From the NCBI GenBank assembly GCA_046757025.1, contig JBHHXN010000105.1, forward strand, positions 1 to 18,377: a stretch of 18,377 nt of DNA. Reading direction: 5' to 3'. Of this stretch, positions 1 through 8,021 are shown in pieces. This DNA is from a bacterium (lineage in GTDB: Bacteria > Zhuqueibacterota > Zhuqueibacteria > Oceanimicrobiales > Oceanimicrobiaceae). Below the pieces are notes generated by a model that was given only the letters and a program-made list of their open reading frames with translations, made no database searches and was not told the DNA's origin. The position numbers and the translations under genes are program-made. Positions within the stretch are counted from its first letter, which is position 1, and every line of letters starts with the position of its first letter.

Positions 1-15
1 GGGACTCAGCATGAA
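1..15. repeat. Truncated copy of a REP-like element (3' arm) at the window edge
   Basis: GGGACTCAGCATGAA (1-15) matches GGGACTCACCATGAA (155-169) at 14 of 15 positions. Confidence 0.5.
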
Positions 16-128
16 GATAGGTACCCGACAATCAATTTTGAAATGGAATACTTAGCTGTGTTTCGATCATTTGATATGAAAAGTATGAATATCCGGCTGA
101 AAATCTGTATTAATGGATGATTAGAAAG

Positions 129-171
129 TTTTCATGTTTTTCCGATTTTTTTTCGGGACTCACCATGAAAA
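129..171. repeat. REP-like imperfect hairpin
   Basis: TTTTCATG (129-136) pairs with CATGAAAA (164-171); the inner TTCCGA (140-145) pairs with TCGGGA (153-158) with one G-T pair around a T loop. Its 3' arm recurs at 1-15. Confidence 0.55.
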
Positions 172-853
172 AATACGTTTCATCCTAAGAGGAGTCCAAG
201 GCTATTTTTTCAACGCGTCATTCATATTCAAATTGGACATGTCAATGGCAGACGAGTTCTGCATAATATGCAAAATAAAAATTCAGTTTGCAAGAAATTC
301 GTCATCCTTTATGACAGTACGGTTTTTTTACAACCATTTTGTTTGCTGGAAATGTTCAATTTGATCCGCCAACGCCGTGTGCAAATTATTCACAGCTTTG
401 TGCCTGCTTTGCACAAGAAAAAAAAGACCGCAAAATGGACGTGGCTCTTCACAAAAAAGAATCACCCCCCAAGTCGTTTTTTGAAAACCAATTTAAGTAA
501 TTCAAATAATCCGGCACTATGTGCTTTTCACAATTGATATTAATCTTTAAAAACAACAGTTTAGAAGTGATTTCTGCAGTGCTTGGACTCCTGTTGAATT
601 TTGTATGCCAGCCTTTCAAACCCACTTCCAAAATATCTACCAAATTCTGCTCTCCTGCCTTTTGGAATTTGGGAATCGTGGCACTGCGTTTGCGATATTT
701 CAATAAATTTTTGAGTTGACGGAGAGCATTCAACAAGAAAAACCGAAGCACGTGAAGGATTCACGTCCGCGGAATTTTTCGATCATCAGAAGGTTTGGCT
801 GTATCGGAGCAATGATGGTCGAAGGGGTGTATTAAAAATCAAAAAAGTAACAT

Positions 854-870
854 TCACACGAAAAGTGTGA
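854..870. promoter_or_regulatory. Palindromic candidate operator upstream of the peptide ABC operon
   Basis: Perfect inverted repeat TCACAC-GAAAA-GTGTGA in AT-rich DNA, about 150 bp before the first permease ATG. Confidence 0.35.
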
Positions 871-1017
871 TTTTAAGCATACAGTTGAATTAACATCGTC
901 TGTTTTTCAACCTTGTCGTTTAATTCGTTCTCGCCGCAAGGAAGGCGGCAAGTCGTTCAATTTATCATACATCCCCCCCAATTGATATTTTCATTTTTTA
1001 ATTAAACACGAAGTGGA

Positions 1018-1980
1018 ATGCCATTCTTTTTACATAGATTGCTGCATGCTTTCCTGCTTTTGGTGGGAATTTGCCTGCTGAATTTTTTTTTGTTTCAATT
1101 CACGCCCGGCGATTCCAGCAATCTATATTTTGGGGCAAATACGAAACAGCAAAATCTGGAGGCTCTGCGCCAGCAAATGCAGTTGCATCTGCCGTGGTAC
1201 GCGCAGTTGAAAATTTGGAGCACCCGGGCGCTGACGGGCGATTTAGGCGTCTCCTGGTCCAAACATCGACCTGTGGTGGAAATATTAAAGGAAGCCATTC
1301 CCGCCACCCTGCAGCTTGCCAGTCTGGCGCTACTACTCAATATGATTTTAGGAAGCCTAACGGGTCTCATTGCGGGTATTTTTTCGGAGCGCTGGTCGGG
1401 CAAATTTCTGGACTTTCTCTCACTCACGCTTTACTCGGTTCCGGCATTCTGTTTGTCCCTGCTGGTCATCTTTGTGTTCAGCTTGAAATTGCAGTGGCTA
1501 CCGGCGGCTGGCATGCGCTCGTTTTTTGCTGCTGACACGAGTTTCGGGGGTCAAATCATGGATCGAATTCGGCATTTGATTTTGCCGGCAGCGGTTCTCG
1601 GATTGACTGGCGCCGCGGCCACATCGCGCTACGTTCGCGCAAATGTGCTGGAAATCTTAAATCAAAATTACATCCGCATGGCGCTGGCAAAGGGTTTGTC
1701 AAAACCGCGAGTTTACCTGCAGCACGCTTTTAAAAACGCGCTGCTGCCCGTCGTCACCTTGCTGGGCCTTTACCTGCCATTTTTGCTGAGCGGCGCGTTT
1801 ATCATCGAAGTGATTTTTGCCTGGCCCGGCATGGGTCGCGTGGCGTACGAAGCCATTTTTGCCAGAGATTATCCTTTGATCATGGCGGTGAATTTCATCG
1901 CGGCTGCCATGGTGATTTTCGGAAATCTACTTTCGGATTTGTTTTATCAATGGGCGGATCCGCGAATACAACTAAATTGA
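1018..1980 (+). CDS. dppB: Oligopeptide/dipeptide ABC transporter permease (DppB/OppB family)
   Basis: 320 aa with several TM segments. Family motifs: PGD after TM1, GDLGVSW, PATLQL, EAA-type loop NQNYIRMALAKGL, IIEVIFAWPGMG, RDYPL, C-terminal DPRI. Confidence 0.93.
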   Translation: MPFFLHRLLHAFLLLVGICLLNFFLFQFTPGDSSNLYFGANTKQQNLEALRQQMQLHLPWYAQLKIWSTRALTGDLGVSWSKHRPVVEILKEAIPATLQLASLALLLNMILGSLTGLIAGIFSERWSGKFLDFLSLTLYSVPAFCLSLLVIFVFSLKLQWLPAAGMRSFFAADTSFGGQIMDRIRHLILPAAVLGLTGAAATSRYVRANVLEILNQNYIRMALAKGLSKPRVYLQHAFKNALLPVVTLLGLYLPFLLSGAFIIEVIFAWPGMGRVAYEAIFARDYPLIMAVNFIAAAMVIFGNLLSDLFYQWADPRIQLN

Positions 1981-1984
1981 TTTT

Positions 1985-2797
1985 ATGCAGAATGTGATCA
2001 TAAAAAATTACCGTCTGGTTGTCAGCTTATTCATTTTAGGTTTGATAGCGGTTTCTTCGCTGGTGGCGCCGTGGATTGTCAAGCACGATCCCATTGCGCA
2101 ATTGTCGCCGTCAAGCAATCGCTTTTCGCCGCCATCCTGGCAGCACTGGTTTGGCACGGATCAATTTGGCCGGGATGTCTTTTCCCGCGTGGTGTACGGC
2201 GGACGCGTGTCTCTGTTCATCGCCATCTCGGTGGTGTTTTTTGCCGCGTTGTTTGGAACCGGTTACGGCGCGCTTTCCGGGTATCTGGGTAAGTTCTGGG
2301 ATCAAATACTCATGCGGCTGGTGGATATGCTGCTGGCTTTTCCAATGGTGTTTTTAGCCGTAACCTGCATGGCGTTATTTGGCAGCGGACTTTTCTGGTT
2401 GATCGCGGTGCTCACCCTGACCAGTTGGATGGACGTGGCACGGCTGGTGCGCGCAGAAGTGCACTCCATGAAGCAGCGGCCGTTTATTTTAAAAGCGCGT
2501 GCCGTGGGTTTGAACAATATGAAAATCATAGGACGTCATCTGATTCCCAATGTCATGCCCACCGTGCTGACGATTTCGGTGATCCGGGTAGCGGACATCA
2601 TTTTGATCGAATCGGCGTTGAGTTTTTTGGGATTGGGCGTGCAGCCCCCTGTGGCAAGCTGGGGCGCCATCATCAGCGACGGCCGGTCGGTTTTAGCTTC
2701 TGCATGGTGGCTGGCGGCTTTTCCGGGAACGGCTATCGTACTAACCACTCTGAGTGTTAATCAAATCAGCGAAGGTTTGCGGCTGCTGAAAAATTAG
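1985..2797 (+). CDS. dppC: Oligopeptide/dipeptide ABC transporter permease (DppC/OppC family)
   Basis: 270 aa. Motifs HWFGTDQFGRDVFSR, ARLVRA, RHLIPN, ESALSFLGLGVQPPVASWG. Starts 4 bp after dppB. Confidence 0.93.
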   Translation: MQNVIIKNYRLVVSLFILGLIAVSSLVAPWIVKHDPIAQLSPSSNRFSPPSWQHWFGTDQFGRDVFSRVVYGGRVSLFIAISVVFFAALFGTGYGALSGYLGKFWDQILMRLVDMLLAFPMVFLAVTCMALFGSGLFWLIAVLTLTSWMDVARLVRAEVHSMKQRPFILKARAVGLNNMKIIGRHLIPNVMPTVLTISVIRVADIILIESALSFLGLGVQPPVASWGAIISDGRSVLASAWWLAAFPGTAIVLTTLSVNQISEGLRLLKN

Positions 2798-2932
2798 CCG
2801 TACAAGTCTAAAAGTAAAAAGAATCACAGGAAAACAAATAAAAATGACTCAACCGAGGGATTGTTTTTCAAAAAGAAAACAGGGAATGTAACCAGACAAC
2901 CATTTGTTAACTAAGTAATTAAAAGGATGTAA

Positions 2933-3946
2933 ATGAATTCCCTTCTTTGTCTGAGGTCTCTTAAAACGTATTTTTATAAAAAAGATGGCATTCTGAAAGC
3001 CGTGGATGGGATTGATCTGGAAATTACTTGCGGCCAGACACTGGCGCTGGTGGGCGAGTCGGGCAGTGGGAAAACCATCACCGCGCTTTCCATATTCAGG
3101 TTGGTACCGTCTCCGGGTAAAATAGTAGGAGGCGCCATCGAGTTTAAGGGCCGAAACCTTTTAACCCTGTCCGAAAAAGAAATGACCGCCGTGCGCGGCA
3201 GACAGATGGGACTAATTTTGCAGGATCCGCTGTCGGCACTCAATCCAGTGATGCGCGTGGGCGAGCAAATTGCGGAAGTCTTTCGACACCACTTTTCCAT
3301 GAAAAACAAACCAGCCAGACACGCTGCACTGGCCTTGATGGAGCGTGTAAAACTGCCGAACGTGCAGCAAAATTACCGCGCTTATCCGCACCAGTTGAGC
3401 GGCGGCATGCGTCAACGGGTGCTCATCGCCATGGCCCTGGCGTGCCGCCCGGCGCTGGTCATCGCCGACGAACCCACCACCGCTCTGGATGTTTCCATTC
3501 AAAGCCAGATTTTATCCCTGCTGAAAGAGCTGAAGGATGAATTTCAACTGGCACTGCTTTTGATAACTCATGATTTGGGTATCGTTGCACGCATGGCCGA
3601 TCAGGTGGCGGTGATGTACGCCGGTAAAATTGTGGAACAGGCGCCCGTTGCGGATTTGTTCACCGAGCCGCTGCATCCTTACACACAGGCGTTGTTACGC
3701 GCCATTCCAAATATCGATTTTAACAGAAAAGCACCCAACCGGGATTTCCACCTCCTGCGTGGGGCCGTTCCCGATTTGATGAATTTGCCTTCGGGATGTC
3801 CGTTCCATCCGCGCTGCGACATAGCAGAAGAACAGTGCAGCCATAACATACCCGAGAATTTCGAAATCAAAAAAGACCGGTACCTGAAATGTTTAATAAG
3901 AGGTAAACAATATGAAAAAATATCCGCGCTGCCCGAGATGGTCTGA
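2933..3946 (+). CDS. dppD: Oligopeptide/dipeptide ABC transporter ATP-binding protein (DppD/OppD family)
   Basis: Walker A GESGSGKT, signature YPHQLSGGMRQR, Walker B VIADEPTTALD, ITHD switch, oligo_HPY region PLHPYT with the Cys tail GCPFHPRC...C...C. AAGGA RBS upstream. Confidence 0.94.
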   Translation: MNSLLCLRSLKTYFYKKDGILKAVDGIDLEITCGQTLALVGESGSGKTITALSIFRLVPSPGKIVGGAIEFKGRNLLTLSEKEMTAVRGRQMGLILQDPLSALNPVMRVGEQIAEVFRHHFSMKNKPARHAALALMERVKLPNVQQNYRAYPHQLSGGMRQRVLIAMALACRPALVIADEPTTALDVSIQSQILSLLKELKDEFQLALLLITHDLGIVARMADQVAVMYAGKIVEQAPVADLFTEPLHPYTQALLRAIPNIDFNRKAPNRDFHLLRGAVPDLMNLPSGCPFHPRCDIAEEQCSHNIPENFEIKKDRYLKCLIRGKQYEKISALPEMV

Positions 3947-5555
3947 TCTCATTTCGATAACAGTCAATTTAATTTTTTTGTTGTTGATTTTAACGCCGCA
4001 GCATGGCTTTACTCAACAGGGCCAGGCAAAGTATGGTGGCACGGTTTTAATCGGGATGAAAGGCGACTTCGATTCCCTGAACGAGCTCAACGCTTCGGAC
4101 TCGGACGCTCTGCAAGTCATCCAGAACATGCTGTTCATGACGCTTACACGACTGGATGAAAAGTTACAATTCGCGCCGTATTTGGCGCAATCGTGGACAT
4201 TTTCACCCGGCGACACCGTGCTGACTTACCAATTGCGGCAGGACGTTTTCTGGACGGACGGTACGTCCACTACCGCTGAAGATGTGCTGTTTACGTATCA
4301 ATTGGCCACCAACCCCAAAGTGGCTTATCCCGCCAGCAGCCGCTTTGATTTGACCGAACGGGTGGAAGCGGTGGACCGTTTCAGCGTGCGGTTTCATTTT
4401 AAAAAGCCCTATCCGGACGCGCTGAGCGACACCCAAATTCCCATTTTGCCCCGGCATATTTTAGGGCACATTCCCCCTGAGGAATTGGTCAAATCCAAGT
4501 TTAACCGTCAGCCCGTTGGCAACGGGCCATTTAAATTGACTGAGTGGCGGGCAAATGAACAGCTCATTTTTGAAGCGAATGACCGCCATGCTTTTGGCCG
4601 GCCGTTTTTAGACCGGGTGGTTTTTCAAATTATGCCGGATGAGAACGTGCTGTTAACCAATCTGATGATTGGCGAGCTGGATCTGGTGCCGTCGTTAACG
4701 CCGTCAAGTTTCAAACGGGTGCAGTCGCAAACCGCGCTGCAGTCTGTGCGATTTGATGGCCGCGGTTTCACCTTTGTGGGCTGGAATCTGACGCGGTCGT
4801 TGTTTGACCAAACCGTACGCCGGGCTTTGACGCACGCGGTGAACAAACAGGAAATCATCGCTACTTTGCTGGAAGGATTTGCACAGCCGGCGCGAGGGCC
4901 CCTGCTGCCGTTTGTCTGGGCTTTTGATGAAAATTTGCCGGCGGTGGATTACGATCCACAAAAGGCGCAGGCGCTGCTCAAACAGGCGGGATGGACGGAT
5001 TCCGACGGCGACGGCATTTTAGACAAAGCCGGCCAGAAGCTTGAATTCACTATCCGCACCAACGCCGGCAGCCAAATTCGCAAGGATACCGCAGTGATGC
5101 TGCAGGCGCAGTGGCGGCAAATCGGGGTGAAAGCGCACATCGAAGCCTTGGAGTGGAACTTGTTCCTGGAGCGGGTATTCGGGCAGCGAGACTTTGATGC
5201 GGTCATCATGGGCTGGGATGCGGATTTCACCGTCAACCCAACAGACCTCTGGCATTCAAACGCGGTGGAATCGGGTTATAATTTTGTCTCGTACCGGAAT
5301 CCCAGAGTGGATTGGCTTTTAGAGCAGGGGCGTCTGAATTCTGTGCGTGAGGCGGCTCTGCCTGTCTGGTACGAATTCCAAAAAATCATCGTGCAGGACG
5401 CACCTTACACTTTTTTATTCATCCCGGATCAACTAACTGGTTTCAACAAACGTATTCAAGGCGTGAAGATGGATGTGCGCGGATTTTTAAGCAGCGTCAC
5501 ACATTGGTGGATCCCTGCGGATCAGAGAAAGTCACAAATGGTCATAAAAAAATGA
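3912..5555 (+). CDS. Peptide ABC transporter substrate-binding protein (family 5, AppA/DppA-like)
   Basis: 547 aa. Basic then hydrophobic signal peptide with no clear lipobox. Motifs LRQDVFWTDG..TAEDVLFT, PVGNGPFKL, VRRALTHAVN, WTDSDGDG, Y.NPRVD. AGAGG RBS; overlaps the ATPase gene by 35 bp. Confidence 0.92.
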   Translation: MKKYPRCPRWSDLISITVNLIFLLLILTPQHGFTQQGQAKYGGTVLIGMKGDFDSLNELNASDSDALQVIQNMLFMTLTRLDEKLQFAPYLAQSWTFSPGDTVLTYQLRQDVFWTDGTSTTAEDVLFTYQLATNPKVAYPASSRFDLTERVEAVDRFSVRFHFKKPYPDALSDTQIPILPRHILGHIPPEELVKSKFNRQPVGNGPFKLTEWRANEQLIFEANDRHAFGRPFLDRVVFQIMPDENVLLTNLMIGELDLVPSLTPSSFKRVQSQTALQSVRFDGRGFTFVGWNLTRSLFDQTVRRALTHAVNKQEIIATLLEGFAQPARGPLLPFVWAFDENLPAVDYDPQKAQALLKQAGWTDSDGDGILDKAGQKLEFTIRTNAGSQIRKDTAVMLQAQWRQIGVKAHIEALEWNLFLERVFGQRDFDAVIMGWDADFTVNPTDLWHSNAVESGYNFVSYRNPRVDWLLEQGRLNSVREAALPVWYEFQKIIVQDAPYTFLFIPDQLTGFNKRIQGVKMDVRGFLSSVTHWWIPADQRKSQMVIKK

Positions 5556-5628
5556 TCTTCCCTGAGCAGAAACATCCAGGATTCTTTACTTTTGAACAAA
5601 ATAAAATTTATCAAATTGAGAACAGAGA

Positions 5629-7017
5629 TTGGTTTTTAAGGTGTTATTTTTTGGGGGAACCGACTTCTTCAGCCTGATGGACGGTTTTCAGGATGGCGCA
5701 GAGAATGTCGTGAAATCCACGCACCACAGCGAGGAAGCGGTGGCGTGGGCGGAGCGCGAACAGCCCCATCTTGCCATCGTCGATCTGGATGAAAAAGCCG
5801 GCCAACCGCTAGCGTGTGTCACTCACCTGCTGGAAAGTTGCCCTCCTTTAAAAGTCATCGGCGTAACCCAAAAAAGTCGTTTACCTGTGGTGGTTCAGGC
5901 CATTAAAATGGGAGTGCACGAAGTCATCAACACCCAGGAGGGACCCCATAGAATTTTGCGGGAACTGGAAAAAACTAAACAGCAGTGGCAAGAGCTGGAT
6001 GAAGGCGAGGGACTTCACCGCAAACAAAAGCAAAAATACGATTTCAGCAACATCGTCGGCGAGAGCCCGGAAATGCAACATGTTTTTGAAGTGGTTTCGA
6101 AGATCATTCGACGGAAGTGGGTGACCGTTCTACTGCGCGGGGAAACAGGTACCGGCAAAGAGCTCATCGCCCGCGCCATTCACTATAACAGTTTCGAGCA
6201 ATTCCAACCCTTTGTGGAGATCAACTGCAACGCCCTGCCGGAGAATTTGCTGGAGTCGGAGCTGTTCGGTTATGAAAAAGGCGCCTTTACCGACGCCAAA
6301 ACCCGTAAGAAGGGTTTGTTTGAATTGGCACAAAACGGCACCCTGTTTTTAGATGAAATCGGCGAGATCAGCCCTGCCATTCAAATGAAGCTGCTCAAAG
6401 CGCTGGAAGAAAAAAAGATTCGGCGTCTGGGCGGCACCCAGGATATCCAGATCAACACGCGCATCATCGCCGCCACCAATCGCGATTTGAAAGCCGCTAT
6501 TCAGGAGGGGCATTTTAGAAACGACCTTTACTACCGTTTAAATGTGGTTTCCATTCACCTGCCCGGACTCAAAGAGCGCGGAGACGATATCATTTTGTTG
6601 GCCAAACACTTTTTGCAACACTTTGGCGACGAGTATGAAAGCAGCTTCCGCAAATTTACTCCCGAGGCGGAAACGCTGCTCAGAACCTACGCCTGGCCGG
6701 GAAATGTGCGTGAGCTGCAGCACACCATCGAGCGCATCGTTTTACTCCACGAAGGCGAAGCCGTAACGCACGCTTTTGTTGAAGACGCCATCGAATCGGA
6801 CACACCGATGATTCTCACCGAAAAAGCAGCTTCGACTGACCTTAAAATCGACATTCCCAAAGAAGGCATCAGCCTGAATGATGGAGAAAAATTTCTTATC
6901 CAATCGGTGCTGGAAAAAATGCACTGGAACAAACGCAAGACCTGCCAGATACTGCAAATTTCCAGACCGCGACTGGATCGAAAAATTAAAAAATACCAGA
7001 TTGAACCGAATAATTGA
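5629..7017 (+). CDS. Sigma54-dependent enhancer-binding protein (NtrC/Fis family) with an atypical receiver domain
   Basis: TTG start. Receiver-like N-terminus (HLAIVDL). AAA+ motifs GETGTGKE, ESELFGYEKGAFTDA, LFLDEIG, DLYYRLNV, WPGNVREL. C-terminal Fis-type HTH (NKRKTCQILQISRPRLDRKIKKY). Confidence 0.93.
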   Translation: MVFKVLFFGGTDFFSLMDGFQDGAENVVKSTHHSEEAVAWAEREQPHLAIVDLDEKAGQPLACVTHLLESCPPLKVIGVTQKSRLPVVVQAIKMGVHEVINTQEGPHRILRELEKTKQQWQELDEGEGLHRKQKQKYDFSNIVGESPEMQHVFEVVSKIIRRKWVTVLLRGETGTGKELIARAIHYNSFEQFQPFVEINCNALPENLLESELFGYEKGAFTDAKTRKKGLFELAQNGTLFLDEIGEISPAIQMKLLKALEEKKIRRLGGTQDIQINTRIIAATNRDLKAAIQEGHFRNDLYYRLNVVSIHLPGLKERGDDIILLAKHFLQHFGDEYESSFRKFTPEAETLLRTYAWPGNVRELQHTIERIVLLHEGEAVTHAFVEDAIESDTPMILTEKAASTDLKIDIPKEGISLNDGEKFLIQSVLEKMHWNKRKTCQILQISRPRLDRKIKKYQIEPNN

Positions 7018-7097
7018 TTTTCAACCCGGTTTTACCTTCCTTTCCACTTTTCTCTGAAACCGATCTTTTTACCAAATCATTTTGACAAAATCTGATA

Positions 7098-7112
7098 GTA
7101 ACATTTCATTAC
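7098..7112. promoter_or_regulatory. Candidate enhancer (UAS) site 1
   Basis: GTAACATTTCATTAC, an imperfect version of the GTAAC-N5-GTTAC palindrome, exactly 42 bp before site 2. Confidence 0.6.
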
Positions 7113-7139
7113 TCTTTTTAGAATGGCAACTTTTCGCAA

Positions 7140-7154
7140 GTAACGAAACGTTAC
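7140..7154. promoter_or_regulatory. Candidate enhancer (UAS) site 2
   Basis: Perfect palindrome GTAACG-AAA-CGTTAC, about 90-105 bp upstream of the -24 element. Confidence 0.65.
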
Positions 7155-7243
7155 CCTTTCCAGATTTGCTCTGAATCAAGAAAGGGGTTCTCAAAAAACA
7201 TATCTACTATAAAAACAACAACCTAAGGACATTGAATAATGAA

Positions 7244-7259
7244 TGGCACACCCTTTGCG
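7244..7259 (+). promoter_or_regulatory. Sigma54 (-24/-12) promoter
   Basis: TGGCACACCCTTTGCG matches TGGCAC-N5-TTGC. GG at 7245-46 and GC at 7257-58 have the exact 10-bp spacing. It lies between the bEBP gene and the lipoprotein gene. Confidence 0.85.
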
Positions 7260-7302
7260 TTAAGGCGGTGCATGCTAAGGATAAATTAACCCAATTAAGC
7301 CA

Positions 7303-7310
7303 AAGGAGGT
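7303..7310 (+). promoter_or_regulatory. Strong Shine-Dalgarno sequence of the lipoprotein gene
   Basis: AAGGAGGT ends 4 nt before ATG 7315. Confidence 0.8.
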
Positions 7311-7314
7311 CTTA

Positions 7315-7944
7315 ATGTTTAATTCAAATAAAATCCATCGCGGTAAAGTGCAGGTACTCGCAGTATTTAGCTTTTTGTTGATATCTCTCTTTTATTTAGC
7401 TGCGTGTAATTCACCGCAGCCGTTCGAGGCTTCCAATCCTCTGGAAGATCATTTCAAAGTATTACAGAAAAAGGGTCCGGGCAGCGGCGACAATTCAGAT
7501 CCGAACCCGGCTTCGGATTTATTGTTGGTACGAGATCGAGAAGAAAATGAAAATGGCGTCAGCAAAGCGGTAATCGGGCCAGCAGGCGGCGTTCTTATTC
7601 ACGCGGAGCACCGAATTGAAGTGCCGGCGGGCGCACTCAATGAAACCGTCGAGCTGACTTTTTCCATGCCGGTTTCAGATACCCTGATGTTTGAATTGGG
7701 CCCGGACGGTACCGTATTTAACAAACCAGTGAAAGTGATTTTCAATTATGATCACACGTTCAAAAACGGCTTGCCGCAGGAAAATTTCGTCGTGGTAGTC
7801 TGGAATCCAGACACTCAACAATGGGATGAGGTTTTCACCATCGTCGATACGGTTTTGAATGAAGTTCTTGGCAGCGCCAATCATTTTTCGCGCTATGCTA
7901 TTTCCAAGGGCGCGCGAAGATCGACGAGAAGATCAAATCGATAA
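7315..7944 (+). CDS. Lipoprotein with a ZU5-like domain and HFS autoproteolysis motif
   Basis: Signal peptide with lipobox LAAC (Cys31) and a low-complexity linker. ZU5-type pattern IGPAGG..IEVPAGAL..ELGPDGTVFNKPVKV..W...W..NHFSRYAI, followed by an Arg-rich tail. The fold was assigned by motif recognition, not by a search. Confidence 0.8.
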   Translation: MFNSNKIHRGKVQVLAVFSFLLISLFYLAACNSPQPFEASNPLEDHFKVLQKKGPGSGDNSDPNPASDLLLVRDREENENGVSKAVIGPAGGVLIHAEHRIEVPAGALNETVELTFSMPVSDTLMFELGPDGTVFNKPVKVIFNYDHTFKNGLPQENFVVVVWNPDTQQWDEVFTIVDTVLNEVLGSANHFSRYAISKGARRSTRRSNR

Positions 7945-8021
7945 AACACTGGCTGTGGTCTCTTTTTTAAATTAAAGTTAATAAGTAACTTTCCAACAGT
8001 TATCAAATTGTAGGAACGAGG

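Noticed and set aside
1..171. CRISPR array from the repeated GGGACTCAsCATGAA
   Set aside because: Only two short copies, 154 bp apart, and no cas genes.
134..764. Short ORFs 134-364, 268-537, 449-751, 519-719 and 561-764 as genes
   Set aside because: They overlap each other and have no convincing RBS or recognisable motif; at most a decayed frame.
2846..2893. 15-codon ORF MTQPRDCFSKRKQGM between dppC and dppD as a signalling peptide
   Set aside because: No signal sequence or clear RBS; expected by chance.
7124..7139. Second sigma54-like box TGGCAACTTTTCGCAA
   Set aside because: GG-to-GC spacing is 9 bp rather than the obligatory 10.
7170..7230. IHF site between the enhancers and the sigma54 promoter
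   Set aside because: AT-rich, but the best matches to WATCAANNNNTTR that I found have two or more mismatches.
7974..8002. AAAGTTA-N5-TAACTTT as a terminator or third enhancer between the lipoprotein and TPR genes
   Set aside because: The stem is almost all A-T and too weak for a terminator, and its arm orientation is reversed relative to the GTAAC-N5-GTTAC motif.
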